The notes under the pieces are model-generated. The model was not told the DNA's origin, ran no database searches, and was given only the letters and a program-made list of their open reading frames with translations. A stretch of 64,000 bases of DNA, taken from contig BCKZ01000016.1 of NCBI GenBank assembly GCA_001600815.1, forward strand, positions 299,077-363,076. Reading direction: 5' to 3'. The position numbers and the translations under genes are program-made. This DNA is from Alloascoidea hylecoeti (taxonomy: Eukaryota). Of the stretch, positions 44,892 to 57,093 are shown in pieces; within the stretch, counting starts at the first letter, position 1, and each line of letters starts with the position of its first letter.

Positions 44892-47227
44892 CACTCATGA
44901 TCTTTTTTATCATGTCGGTGTGTCATTCTCTTCACGCTTTCACTTAAACTGATAGGGATTTTATATTCATCTCTTATCGAACTGTATCCAGATCTGCTTG
45001 GAGAAGCGCCAGGGAATCTTCCAGATCTGTTCGGAGAAGCATCAGGAAATCTTCCAGTTCTATTTGGAGAAGCATCGGGGAATCTTCCGACTGGACCAGG
45101 GCCACCTGGGCGCCGACTCCATTGTTGAGGTTTGAAGCTATTCCCAAAACCAACGTTAACAGGACCACCGGATACAATACTAGTTGTGGTATAACTAGAA
45201 CCTTCTGCTGAATTTTTATTAATTATAGCAGATGGTAAGACGCTAAAACGTCTGTTTGCACCTTGTAATTTCTTCACCATGGGAAAACTATTTTTATCAA
45301 TAGGAATGGCATTATCATCCTCATCAGAAGTATTTTCATCCTCCATAATTGCACTATTGGTACATTCTCTTTCCTTTTCTTGTTGTAGTTTTAAGATTCG
45401 ACGTTGATTTTTAGAAGGAATTTTAGCAACCTGTCCGATGCTAACTTTTCTGTCAGAGTAATAAATCTTTTTAAACCATTCGTTGTCTTCGTCATATTCA
45501 TAAATTTCCCAATCAACACCATATGGTTTTGATTCTAACAAAAATAAATCATGTAATGGGACATCTAAATTACCAATCTTTTCCTGGTCAAAAATGTTTA
45601 AGAAATAACCTAATAATATTCTTATAATCACACGATGAGACACAATCAGTAAATTATCAGTGGTTCGTTCGATTTCGGCAATCAATGGTTTTAATCGATT
45701 AATTACATCAAGATAAGATTCCCCTCCAACTCCGCGATATCTGTATGTTAACTTATTGTGTAACCTTGCAGCAAACTCCTCCGGATATCTAGATGATATT
45801 TCTTGATAAGTCATACCGTCACATATACCAGCATTTAATTCATTCAACATTCGATGCTCCTTAATGAAAAACTGATCTTCATCAAAATATTGTGATGATT
45901 CAATAGACCTCCTCAACATTGAAGTCCAAACACTAAAATTTAGTTCATCCGGTGGTGTTGAATTTCTACCATTTTTATACATTTCCATATCTTTTAATAT
46001 ATCACGTTTATTTTGAAATTCAGTTAGTTGTTGTTCCCTAAACTCCTTCTTTTTAAACTCCATAAACTTAGACAAAGCCTTGGCATACTTAATACCTCGA
46101 GGTGTCAATTTCGAATCTCCTCCAATCTTACCCAATACATTATCTTCACTTTCACCATGTCGTGTTAACCAAATTTGCCGAGGTTCTAGATTAAAATTTA
46201 AAAGGTAGTAAACAGTTTGACTTGCTAAAAAGCCATGAATATTATAAGCAATAACTTTCCTTCCAACATTTATCATTTTAATATATTGAACACCTTCATC
46301 TTTTTCTTCTTCCTCACTGATTGTTTCGTATATTTTTTCGTAGTTTCTCATCCTATTTACAAAATCTTTTAATGCCTTTGCCTGATCGACATCTTTATAA
46401 TCAGGTCCCGATAGCTTCAAACGAACATTAGACTCTATAATTTCTGGATCGTTACATATTGACTCTAGATAAAGGACTTTCAAAGCACCGTCAGATCTTT
46501 CCTTTATCGTTTTCAACACATGTTGTCGCCGGTCAGCTGTTGTATTTGTCGCATCAAATATACCCACAGTTCCACGCCCATCAATTAAAAAGTCCAGCAA
46601 ATCAGATAATGTATCCATAGCCCATTTTTCACGTAGTGCCACTGCCTTTTCATTATCAGGAGAAAAGAGGTTGGCGTTGTGTTCAGTCGATTCCTTTGCT
46701 TCATCTGTAGCACTATCGGCACGACTAGGAGCCTTATCGGCATCACCAGGATTTTGTTTCTGCGATTGTCTTCGAGTGTTTCCAACATTGAACACTTGAC
46801 AATTATGTTGCAACCAATTTAAATATCGGCATAGCTTATTTGTGATGTAAGATTTACCCCTAGCGGGCAAGCCTACCATAATTATGACCAGTTTTGATTC
46901 AATATTTGCAGAGCCAATTGTACCATCTGGTGATGATTTGGAATGTGTAAGGCCCGGGATGTCCAAGGTTGTAGGCCGACGTTTTCTCATAACTTTAGTA
47001 TCAAGGGGGTCGGCATTCTGTGTAATTTCAAACTCTTTTGATTTACCATCATCGGTCTGAATCCAGTGAGTGATAAGGGATGAAGCAATTGATTCCGGAG
47101 GAGAATCAGTCAATGGATGGTTGTTGAAAGGTATAGGATTTGACCTCTTGCCGTCTATGGACGTGTTTAACACTTGGTCCTCATTATCGGGAGATGTCTG
47201 TTTTTCCTGTTTGTCCGGTGAAACCAT
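44891..47227 (-). CDS. PFK26: 6-phosphofructo-2-kinase / fructose-2,6-bisphosphatase-like
   Basis: RRPTTLDIPGLTHSKSSPDG, P-loop VGLPARGKSYI, FDATNTT, LKLSGPDY, and phosphatase-domain IWLTRHGES and GGESYLDV. Confidence 0.92.
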   Translation of the reverse strand: MVSPDKQEKQTSPDNEDQVLNTSIDGKRSNPIPFNNHPLTDSPPESIASSLITHWIQTDDGKSKEFEITQNADPLDTKVMRKRRPTTLDIPGLTHSKSSPDGTIGSANIESKLVIIMVGLPARGKSYITNKLCRYLNWLQHNCQVFNVGNTRRQSQKQNPGDADKAPSRADSATDEAKESTEHNANLFSPDNEKAVALREKWAMDTLSDLLDFLIDGRGTVGIFDATNTTADRRQHVLKTIKERSDGALKVLYLESICNDPEIIESNVRLKLSGPDYKDVDQAKALKDFVNRMRNYEKIYETISEEEEKDEGVQYIKMINVGRKVIAYNIHGFLASQTVYYLLNFNLEPRQIWLTRHGESEDNVLGKIGGDSKLTPRGIKYAKALSKFMEFKKKEFREQQLTEFQNKRDILKDMEMYKNGRNSTPPDELNFSVWTSMLRRSIESSQYFDEDQFFIKEHRMLNELNAGICDGMTYQEISSRYPEEFAARLHNKLTYRYRGVGGESYLDVINRLKPLIAEIERTTDNLLIVSHRVIIRILLGYFLNIFDQEKIGNLDVPLHDLFLLESKPYGVDWEIYEYDEDNEWFKKIYYSDRKVSIGQVAKIPSKNQRRILKLQQEKERECTNSAIMEDENTSDEDDNAIPIDKNSFPMVKKLQGANRRFSVLPSAIINKNSAEGSSYTTTSIVSGGPVNVGFGNSFKPQQWSRRPGGPGPVGRFPDASPNRTGRFPDASPNRSGRFPGASPSRSGYSSIRDEYKIPISLSESVKRMTHRHDKKDHE
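44988..45088 (-). repeat. Three 33-bp coding repeats (GRFP[DG]ASP[NS]R[TS])
   Basis: Units start at 44988, 45021 and 45054 on the + strand. Confidence 0.9.
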
Positions 47228-47527
47228 GATTCTGGTTGTAAGGAAGAGAAGTTTATTAAAATTTGAAATAGCCTTTTATAATTCTAGATTTGATTCAACC
47301 AGCACCGGGAGAAACGATACTGCGTTTGAACAAACAAAACATACACATTTATAATCATCACTATTTATGATTTATTTCTAGGTTTAGCAAGGGTGTGTTC
47401 AATTGCAGTTAATAATAAAACAAAGAAGTCAACACAGTGCTAATTACCTAATTCTACTAGATTTGGTATGTATATTTCATCATATAATACATTGATATCT
47501 CATCTTAAAGATCAGTTTCAGGTTAAA

Positions 47528-49384
47528 CTACTCAATTTGTCCCATCTCTAGTCTATCTCTTTTACAGACACTCTCCAATGTGATCAAACGATCAATTTTC
47601 TTATTCCATTTCCAATCGAACTCTTGTGCCGTAAACCGTTTAGATATTGATTTTAGACTCCTTTCTCGTATCTTTTCCCATTGATCAGTAGATACATTAT
47701 ATACTTCTACCAAAACCTCATGCAATTCATTTACTTTTTTATATTTAATCTGTTTATCATCATTAGTTGTGGGATCTTCGGAACTTATAAAGAAAAATCC
47801 CGTTCTATTAGAATCGTCACTAATAGATAAATAATTGTCATCTGTAGGTGCATCTTCTAAAGGATATGGAACCACAATATCCAATAATGGACCCGCAGAA
47901 GCGTGACAGATTGGTATTAACCCAGAAGCCATATATTCTACTACAGATATACCAAAATGCTCATTCCACATAGCGTTTATACCAAATTGGCAAGTTAGAA
48001 GATAATTCTCCACTTCAGACCAAGGGGCATTTAAAACAAACTCAACATAATCAGAGACACCTAATGATTTTGCTAATTCCTTCAAGTCAGAAATATTAAT
48101 GCTGTTTGTTGTTGAACCAACAAGTATCAATCTTGGTATTTCAGCATTAGATGAATCCGGATGAGTTTTGATATAATTTTTAATGAAAATCGAATATTCT
48201 CTAATTATTAAACTGTGGCGTTTTTCCGGCCGGAATTGTGCAACGCAAACAATGGAATTATTTCTTTTAACACCTTGATCTTGTGATTTTGCGGCCAAAG
48301 CAAGTAATTTGTTAGTTTCAACAGGGGGATATAAAATTTGTACATGTTCCTTTTTATGATTCCACCACCATAGTTTTCTAATGTGATTGCAAGTCCAAGA
48401 ACCATTTGCAAGAACAACAGACACATATGATCCAACCCATGCGTAAGCAAGAGTAAAAATAAGCCAATACAACTTCTTCAATGCCGATGATAGAGATGTA
48501 ACTGAAATCTTATCTAACATGTCTTTTGAAATTACTGGGAAGTGAACATAAGCTGCAATAGGAATATTCAATATAGAAGACACAACTGGGTACGAAAAGG
48601 GGAAACCCATAGTATCAACAAATACATCTGGTGGTAATGTTCTTATAGCTTCGTAGCCCAATAAAACTGAACCAAACGCTTGTCCTATAAGAGTGAAATG
48701 CTTCCAATTTCGTCCTTCGACCCACGATCTTTTTGTGAGATATATGAAAACCACACGAGATTCTCCGATCAAATCGATTCCAAAATGATTTTTAACATTA
48801 TCTAAAATTTGTGTTGCGGGAGCAGAATCACCTGTGTAGATAACACAAATATGCCTTTTATTGTTAGCAAGTGTAGAGACAATGGCTTCCCAGAGGACAC
48901 GTTCTCCACCACCACCAGCATTACAAAATGGATGGAAGAACCCCCATATTAGCTTTTTAGTTTTATCCTGAATTAAAGGGAGAGGGGCATTCAAATTTTT
49001 CATAAAATTATCTTTTTCCTGGAGGTCGATTGTGCTTATTGTTAAGATTTCATTTGGTGTTAGTTTTCCTGAATTCATGTCCGTGAAAGGCACCATAGAG
49101 TAGGCACTGGGATTTCCAGTTGCTAGTAAAACTCTTCGTCTAGCTGCCCCAGCCTTCCATCCATATTTCCTTAGTCCAATTTTATTTTGATTTTTTTCCA
49201 AGATGGTGGAGATATCTCTGTGAAAAGTGCTAGCAGGTCTTCTTAATTGAGCACCCATTGAAGTGGTGATGAAACTAAGTATGACATAACTAAGCACCGA
49301 AGTGAGAGAAACGACCACCAATAGCACAGCTCCAATTAATGGGATGGTGTCGCCATTGATAAACTCAGAGATGAAGTCTGGCAT
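47528..49384 (-). CDS. ALG11: GDP-Man:Man3GlcNAc2-PP-Dol alpha-1,2-mannosyltransferase
   Basis: First ATG at 49384, N-terminal TM. Motifs GFFHPFCNAGGGGERVLW, PDVFVDTMG, YVHFPVIS, AQFRPEKRH, NAMWNEHFGISVVEYMA and HASAGPLLDIV. Confidence 0.95.
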   Translation of the reverse strand: MPDFISEFINGDTIPLIGAVLLVVVSLTSVLSYVILSFITTSMGAQLRRPASTFHRDISTILEKNQNKIGLRKYGWKAGAARRRVLLATGNPSAYSMVPFTDMNSGKLTPNEILTISTIDLQEKDNFMKNLNAPLPLIQDKTKKLIWGFFHPFCNAGGGGERVLWEAIVSTLANNKRHICVIYTGDSAPATQILDNVKNHFGIDLIGESRVVFIYLTKRSWVEGRNWKHFTLIGQAFGSVLLGYEAIRTLPPDVFVDTMGFPFSYPVVSSILNIPIAAYVHFPVISKDMLDKISVTSLSSALKKLYWLIFTLAYAWVGSYVSVVLANGSWTCNHIRKLWWWNHKKEHVQILYPPVETNKLLALAAKSQDQGVKRNNSIVCVAQFRPEKRHSLIIREYSIFIKNYIKTHPDSSNAEIPRLILVGSTTNSINISDLKELAKSLGVSDYVEFVLNAPWSEVENYLLTCQFGINAMWNEHFGISVVEYMASGLIPICHASAGPLLDIVVPYPLEDAPTDDNYLSISDDSNRTGFFFISSEDPTTNDDKQIKYKKVNELHEVLVEVYNVSTDQWEKIRERSLKSISKRFTAQEFDWKWNKKIDRLITLESVCKRDRLEMGQIE

Positions 49385-49507
49385 TTCTGACAAAGAGAAG
49401 ATAAGTATTTTGTAAAAAAATATTATAAGGTCCCTGTCGGTATTATGTAATTGGAAGTCATGTGAACATATTCGTTAACGTTACACAAACATAAACTTTT
49501 ACATTAA

Positions 49508-49540
49508 TATTGATATTGATCTTGATATTGATATTGATAT
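49508..49540. repeat. (ATTGAT)n hexamer microsatellite, ~5-6 copies
   Basis: Visible between the MOB1 stop and the ALG11 start. Confidence 0.7.
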
Positions 49541-49572
49541 TTAATAGGTTATATAGGAACAGGATTATAAAC

Positions 49573-50342
49573 TTATCTTTTTTCTTCACTAAGTGTTAAC
49601 GCAATAAGTTCATCCAAAGGACTGAAATCCCTATCACTAACTAGTTGAAACTGTTTCGTAAACAGGACAAAGTGTTTCAAGCTGGTGTTTAGATGTGGCT
49701 GTAATCCCAACTCCGTAATCTGATCAAAATGATGACAATAAATGTGAGCATAGACCCTGAACAATCTCTTCATAATTGTTTTCACCAAAGGCTCGAATTG
49801 TGCTGGAAATGGAGCACCCATCTTAGTCGGGAAAACATTCTCATCATCAAGGAATTGCTGAATCCATGTCATCAGCTTATCGACGTACTCTGGAGCAGAC
49901 GTGGGAATGGGTTTCTTATCTCGAGACATTCCAGATTCCTGCCATAAATATTCGTATTCAGCTGTGGCGGTCATCCTTGGACACGTAATCGGACTACAAA
50001 ACTCAGTTATCGATCCATATAACATGTTGATCTGATTATAAAAGTCGACAACGTGGACGGCCAACCATTCGTTTTTATCCTCCCCTTCTGGTAGTAGGAC
50101 GGCCTGGGAAAGAGAGCCCGACCCTAATGTTGCTTCAGCATATGATCTAATATCGCTATGTGAGGTACCAAGAACCGCAGTGTTTGAGGTAGGTCCCTTT
50201 GGAAATCTGGGTCTCGATTGACGAGTTGTCCTGTTAGGATTGTTATTGGCCAAATGTCTAGACATAGTTAGAATCGGATAGAGTCAGCGTAGAAAAAGTT
50301 GAAGCCAGAAGATTCGACATACAGAGATTGGAAGAAGGACAT
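49573..50342 (-). CDS. MOB1: Mob1 kinase activator (2 exons)
   Basis: Exon 1 50342-50323 (MSFFQS); intron 50322-50258; exon 2 50257-49573. Motifs AEATLGSGSL..AVLLPEGEDKNEWLAVHVVDFYNQINMLYGSITEFC, KRLFRVYAHIYCHHF and HLNTSLKHF. Confidence 0.95.
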
Positions 50343-50614
50343 TTAGATAATAGTAACGTTTGGAGATGCGATGCAAAAACAAAAGGAGAGTTTAACAAAA
50401 TCAAAACAAATGCTGTTTAAAGTTCTGCCGCAACGTTAACTAAATATTTATTCATACAAAATAACAAAACAGCCATATAATCTACATATGCGTATAAGCC
50501 TATAATCATATATCGATTGAATACACATGGCACGTGAAGTGTTATAATAATTAATATTATATTAATATAGTTATCTCCCACAAAAGAAAATTCTTCTTCC
50601 ATTGGAATATTATC

Positions 50615-51567
50615 ATGGAAATCGACACTTCGCTATCAAGAAAAGTCAAGGACACTGTATGTATTGTAAAGTTTATACTGAGATCTACGATGATTGGAAC
50701 TAACGTTTTCCAAAGGCTGCCGGCTTTTTTGGTGGAGCGGTGCAAGTTCTTATAGGTCAACCGTTTGATTTACTGAAAGTTAGGCAGCAGACTTCTTCAA
50801 ATAATATTTCTCTGGTCAATTTATTCAAAACCACTCTTAAAACTGAAGGTATCACAGCTTTCTATAAAGGCACACTTCCACCGCTATTGGGGGTAGGTGC
50901 TTGCGTTTCCATCCAATTCTATGCTTTTCACGAAACGAAAAGGCAATTGCAAACCTATAACAAGAAACTGGGGTTTGATGGAGGGTTATCATTACCCCAG
51001 TATTATATTGCAGGTGCTGCTGCTGGAATTGCCAATAGTGTAATCACTGGTCCTGTTGAGCAATTGAGAATTATCATCCAAACACAACCATCAGGTAAAG
51101 ACCGATTATACGATGGGCCGAGAGATGCTTTTAGGACAATTAGTCAGAGTCATGGATGGGGAAGCAAGGGAATCTTCCGGGGATTTGGAATCACTCTTTT
51201 ACGAGAAGCGCAGGCCTATGGAATGTGGTTCCTAGCTTTTGAATATTTAGTAAACAAGGCACAACAATCAACTAATAAAACACGAAATGAAATCCCGGCC
51301 TGGCAACTGGCAGCATTTGGGGCTCTATCGGGGGAAATACTCTGGTTAAGTAGTTATCCATTGGATGTAGTTAAGAGTCGAGTACAAAGTGATGGTTTTG
51401 GTGATAAAAGGAAATATCGTAATTGGATTGATGCCATGAAGCAAACTATTGCTGAAAGTGGTGCCAGAGGCTTATGGAGAGGAATTGTGCCTACCCTGCT
51501 TCGAGCATTGCCTGCTTCTGCTGGGACTTTTATGAGTGTAGAACTGGCTTTGCGGGTTATGGGTTAA
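50615..51567 (+). CDS. YMC1: Mitochondrial carrier protein, Ymc1/Ymc2-like (2 exons)
   Basis: Exon 1 50615-50656; intron 50657-50715 (GTATGT..ACTAAC..AAG); exon 2 50716-51567. Splicing gives VKDT|AAGFFGGAVQVLIGQPFDLLKVR. Three PxD/ExxK/R motifs; AFYKGTLPPLLGVGACVSIQF. Confidence 0.88.
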
Positions 51568-51687
51568 CACTATTATTATACTAGTACTTATATAATTGCA
51601 CAACTTTTTCTTTTCCTGTTGAAACGCCAGACTTTTCATCTCTTTTTTTTTTTTTTGGTCCTTTAAATTTGTATACAATTGGTAAAC

Positions 51688-53617
51688 ATGTCAGACAAAT
51701 CAGACAAAAGGCATGTGTTTAACTTATCCTTAAGCTTAACCTTGTTATCATTTTCTAATTATTTTGAGAAGTATCCCATCGTATCCATGTCTCCCAGGGT
51801 GGTTACAGCCTCACCTCGATGACCCTCCTGTTCCAGGTTTCAACAAATCCAAAAGACAAATGGGTACAGACAACAATTTAGAATCTATCAAATTATTCCC
51901 AATTAATGATCCAAATTTGAAGGACACCTGGGGAAGATCAACCGCCCTCGTGGGAAACAGTAACTTCTCTGATTCTGAACTTCCATTTCAAGGTAACACA
52001 AAACAAACTTTCAATTACACAGAAGTTAGATCTGAACATGAAACAACTCCTTTCAGTTTGGATCCCCAATTCAATTCTTTTAGTAATAAAGGTATAAAGG
52101 GCTTGGATGTATTTGAATCTTTAGATCATCATCTCTCTCAAATGGAGAACCAATTGTCTCTGCTACTACACTCAATTTCAGCCAAAGCAAATCGCATTGT
52201 AACTTATAACCGAGATGATCACATATTGTTTGAGGAATTAAGAGGTCTACAAAGTCAGGTTGGGCTTACTAAATGGAACATCAGTAACATTAAGCAATAC
52301 TCAAATATTAAACATGAAGGTACTTCGATGGCAGCAACAGATAGCGATGAATTGTACAAATCAGACATAGGGATGGATGAAAGAAGAGCTTTTTATTATC
52401 CTATCTCAGACCCCGAGTCGTCAAGATCTAGAGACCACCGTGCGCTTGAAGAAGTTGATCCTCAGACATGGCCTCCTTTCAACTCCACCGACAATTACAA
52501 TGGTGAGAAAAATGAGGTAAGTTAAAATAGTTATAGCTGTATAATGAATATTACTTTGGATTTGTACTAATCTTCTCAATAGAACCCTTTACACCGAAGA
52601 TCTAGAAACAACACAGAGTTGAATTACAGGGTATTATTAAATGAGGACGCATTTTATGACTGGAGTGTATGAATACTATAACTATAATGCTTCAACAAAA
52701 TAAAAATTAAGAAAGAAATAATTGAATGGTGTTATGAGAGAACTAACAATGAGATTATAGATCATTGCCGATAAGATCCTTACAGATAATGAGCCCCAGG
52801 CATCAATTTTCCTTCAGCAGAAACTCAAAATAACGGACTTCACGCAGAGACAAGGTATTGTGGATGCCGTTTGCTCCCATGGAATTAGCCTTATGCTTCA
52901 TAGATTTGGGAACTTTTTGGTACAGAGATGTTTTGAGTATGGTACAGAGAAACAAATCCAACAAATATCTAGTGTGATACCAAGGAATGTACGACAACTT
53001 TCATCTGATGGATTTGGATGCCATGTTATCCAAAAAGCGTTAGATTTTGTTTCTCATGATTTATTCATGACCATTGTTTATGAGATGATGTCGGATATCC
53101 TTGAAACCATAAGACAAAGATATGCTAATCATGTTTGGCAAAAGTTGTTGGAAAACGATTGGGAGGCGATTCCGTCCAGCCGTATGAAAGAGGTTAATCA
53201 TCAGATGAGGGGTAAATGGATGATGGCAGCTTTGGAGGACACAGGGAGTCTGATTATACAAAAGGTTCTTCAATACAGCGAATATAAGGATCAGGTGAGT
53301 TGTAACATGACATATAAGCATATGACTTTAAAGTTCTAGCTAACCTTTTTATTCCGATTGCAAAGGCCGAGATATTGAAGGAAATCACCAGCGATGATAA
53401 TCTGGACGTTCTTATGCGAAACAAATGGGGTAGTCGTGTGTTGCAGCACATCTTACGGAATACATGCAGCGATCATGAAGAATATTTGTCACGAATCGTG
53501 TCTATCAACATTGAGCGAGCATTGGAATACAGTGAACACCCGGTAGCATCAGGTGTGGTTAATTGCTACTTACGACGTGAAAATGGGGGGTGTGCTGAAA
53601 AGATATCGATGTTTTGA
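51688..53617 (+). CDS. Pumilio/PUF RNA-binding protein, Mpf1/Puf8-like, C-terminally short (5 exons)
   Basis: Exons 51688-51710, 51772-52516, 52583-52666, 52761-53294, 53366-53617. Spliced product contains ELNYRVLL..DWS|IIADKIL..QASIFLQQKLK, RFGNFLVQRCFE, FGCHVIQKA, YANHVWQKL and TGSLIIQ. Exon 1 depends on a GC donor and is less certain. Confidence 0.82.
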
Positions 53618-53705
53618 TTTTAGGATCTGATACATAATATTTAAATTTAGATAGTTACATCACTTTATTCTCTTGCATTTTTTTTTTTGTTTTCATGCCT
53701 TAACC

Positions 53706-55628
53706 ATGTCCGAATCTAAACCTCCAACCATTAGGGGTTTGACGGGAAAGAAACTCCTTTATTTTACCAGCGTTTTCGTCTCCCTTGGCGTCTTCTTGTT
53801 CGGCTATGATCAGGGCGTAATGTCCGGTATCATCACCGGCAACTACTTTAAAGACTACTTCAACCAGCCTTCGAGAGCTGCCATCGGAACCATGATAGCC
53901 ATCCTTGAAGTCGGGGCATTGGTTTCTAGTCTGTGTGTAGGGAGATTAGGTGATATATTTGGTAGACGAAGAACTATCAGATACGGTGCAGCCATATTTG
54001 TGGTCGGGGGCTTCTTTCAGGCTTTTGCTCTTGGCATGGGGTGGTTGATTGTGGGCAGAATTATTTCTGGTGTGGGCGTTGGAATGCTATCCACTATCGT
54101 ACCTGTCTACCAATCAGAAATCTCCCCACCACACAACAGAGGAAAACTAGCCTGTATTGAATTCACTGGAAATATCGTGGGTTATGCAAGCTCAGTCTGG
54201 GTGGACTATTTTTGTTCGTTTTTTGAAAATGATTACAGTTGGAGAATACCCTTATTAATTCAATGTGTCATGGGGTTCCTTCTATTTTTAGGATCTTTCG
54301 CTATCTGTGAGACACCGAGATGGCTATTAGATACGGACAGAGACGAAGAAGGAATTATTGTCATCGCTCGTTTACAAGGTGGAGGAGATATCCAAAATGA
54401 AGAAGCAAGAGACGAATATCGCAACATTAAAGAATCTGTGTTAATTCAACGATTGGAAGGTGAACGGTCTTATTCATACATGTGGAGACGATATAAAAAG
54501 CGTGTTATTATTGCAATGTCATCACAAGCGTTGGCTCAATTAAATGGTATTAATGTTATATCTTATTATGCTCCTATGGTTTTTGAACAGGCTGGTTGGG
54601 TTGGAAGAGATGCAATCCTAATGACTGGCTTTAATGGTCTACTTTATATTGCAAGTACTATTCCACCGTGGTACCTGGTAGATAGATGGGGTCGTCGAAT
54701 TATACTAATATCGGGTGCCATTATCATGGGAATATCTCTATGCGCTATATCATACTTTATGTTCTTAAACATCAAACAAACACCTTTCTTGGTCGTTATA
54801 TTTGTTATGATTTATAACGCTTTCTTTGGATATTCCTGGGGTCCTGTACCTTGGTTATATCCTCCAGAAATTATGCCTTTAAGTATCCGCGCTAAGGGGG
54901 CTTCACTATCAACTGCAGCCAACTGGGCTTTCAACTGGGTAGTTGGCGAGCAGACACCTGTATTACAAGAACTTATTGGATGGAAATTATACCTTATGCA
55001 TGCATTCTGGTGTTGTGTATCTGCTTTGACAGTGTTTTTTGTATTCCCAGAAACAAAAGGTCTACATTTAGAAGATATGGATTCAATTTTTGGTGACGAA
55101 ACGTCATCAATATTATCTGGTGCTCCTTCTCGTCGGGATCATGAAGCACGAGGGGTATTGGGAGATTCTGGATCTGGGTTAGGTACACTGCCCACAGGAT
55201 CTGGATCACCTTTATTACAACCATCAGCGGCTGCCAGAGCACGCCAGGTTTCTATCCATGCTAATGATTCATTTGGAAATTTTACACCTTCTATAAGTGG
55301 CCAGACATCTATTATCGATCCCCAAGATATCGAGCCTCCAGAAATTGATATCGATAAATATAATGAGGAGACTAGTTTACATAGTGGACTTTCACATAGT
55401 TTAAGAAGAGGAAGTGCATCTATATCCGGTATATTAGGCAGGATGTTCAAGAAAAATGGTGAGGATGGTGATCATGAAGCATTAAATCAATATCCTGAGA
55501 ATCAATCAGATAATTATGGTGAAGACGTTTTCGATGATGAAAATCAAATTCTGTCAGATAGTGATGATGATGATAGTGTTGCTAGAAATCGAGGACATGG
55601 AGGTTATAATAGATTAGATAATTCATAA
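53706..55628 (+). CDS. MFS sugar porter (YDL199C-like)
   Basis: ATG at 53706. Motifs FLFGYDQGVMSG, GDIFGRRR, GRIISGVGVG, VPVYQSEISP..RG, ETPRWL, QLNGINVISYY, DRWGRR, WGPVPWLYPPEI and PETKG; long acidic C-tail. Confidence 0.92.
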   Translation: MSESKPPTIRGLTGKKLLYFTSVFVSLGVFLFGYDQGVMSGIITGNYFKDYFNQPSRAAIGTMIAILEVGALVSSLCVGRLGDIFGRRRTIRYGAAIFVVGGFFQAFALGMGWLIVGRIISGVGVGMLSTIVPVYQSEISPPHNRGKLACIEFTGNIVGYASSVWVDYFCSFFENDYSWRIPLLIQCVMGFLLFLGSFAICETPRWLLDTDRDEEGIIVIARLQGGGDIQNEEARDEYRNIKESVLIQRLEGERSYSYMWRRYKKRVIIAMSSQALAQLNGINVISYYAPMVFEQAGWVGRDAILMTGFNGLLYIASTIPPWYLVDRWGRRIILISGAIIMGISLCAISYFMFLNIKQTPFLVVIFVMIYNAFFGYSWGPVPWLYPPEIMPLSIRAKGASLSTAANWAFNWVVGEQTPVLQELIGWKLYLMHAFWCCVSALTVFFVFPETKGLHLEDMDSIFGDETSSILSGAPSRRDHEARGVLGDSGSGLGTLPTGSGSPLLQPSAAARARQVSIHANDSFGNFTPSISGQTSIIDPQDIEPPEIDIDKYNEETSLHSGLSHSLRRGSASISGILGRMFKKNGEDGDHEALNQYPENQSDNYGEDVFDDENQILSDSDDDDSVARNRGHGGYNRLDNS

Positions 55629-55764
55629 TTATATAATATGCATATGTAATTGTTTTTCTCTTAAGTTTTGTGTTTTTAATATAGGGGACATATAATTATA
55701 ATTATATGACATTACAAATATAGACTACAGTATTAGATAACAATTATATTGATCATTAAAAACA

Positions 55765-56826
<1,062 letters not shown>

Positions 56827-56840
56827 TTACAAGGGAAGAT

Positions 56841-56851
56841 TGAAAATTTTT
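56841..56851. promoter_or_regulatory. RRPE-like element upstream of TRM8
   Basis: TGAAAATTTTT about 30 nt upstream of the TRM8 start; typical of ribosome-biogenesis promoters in yeasts. Confidence 0.55.
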
Positions 56852-57093
56852 GATGCTGAGTTAAATATACCTGCATACAATCCAATGAAAAACAAAAAAT
56901 ACTAAATCAATCGAGAGTACTAAGTAGCTAACCTAAACAAAGCTACCCTTTTATTAATTTATATTATATAAAATAGATGTATATGAAAGTTTTTTGTATG
57001 TGTTAAACGGATCTCTTGCTATTAAGATTTTAAGGGCAATTGAGCGTTCAAATGATTTAAATACTAGGCTATACTTTAGGAATAAATCGTACC

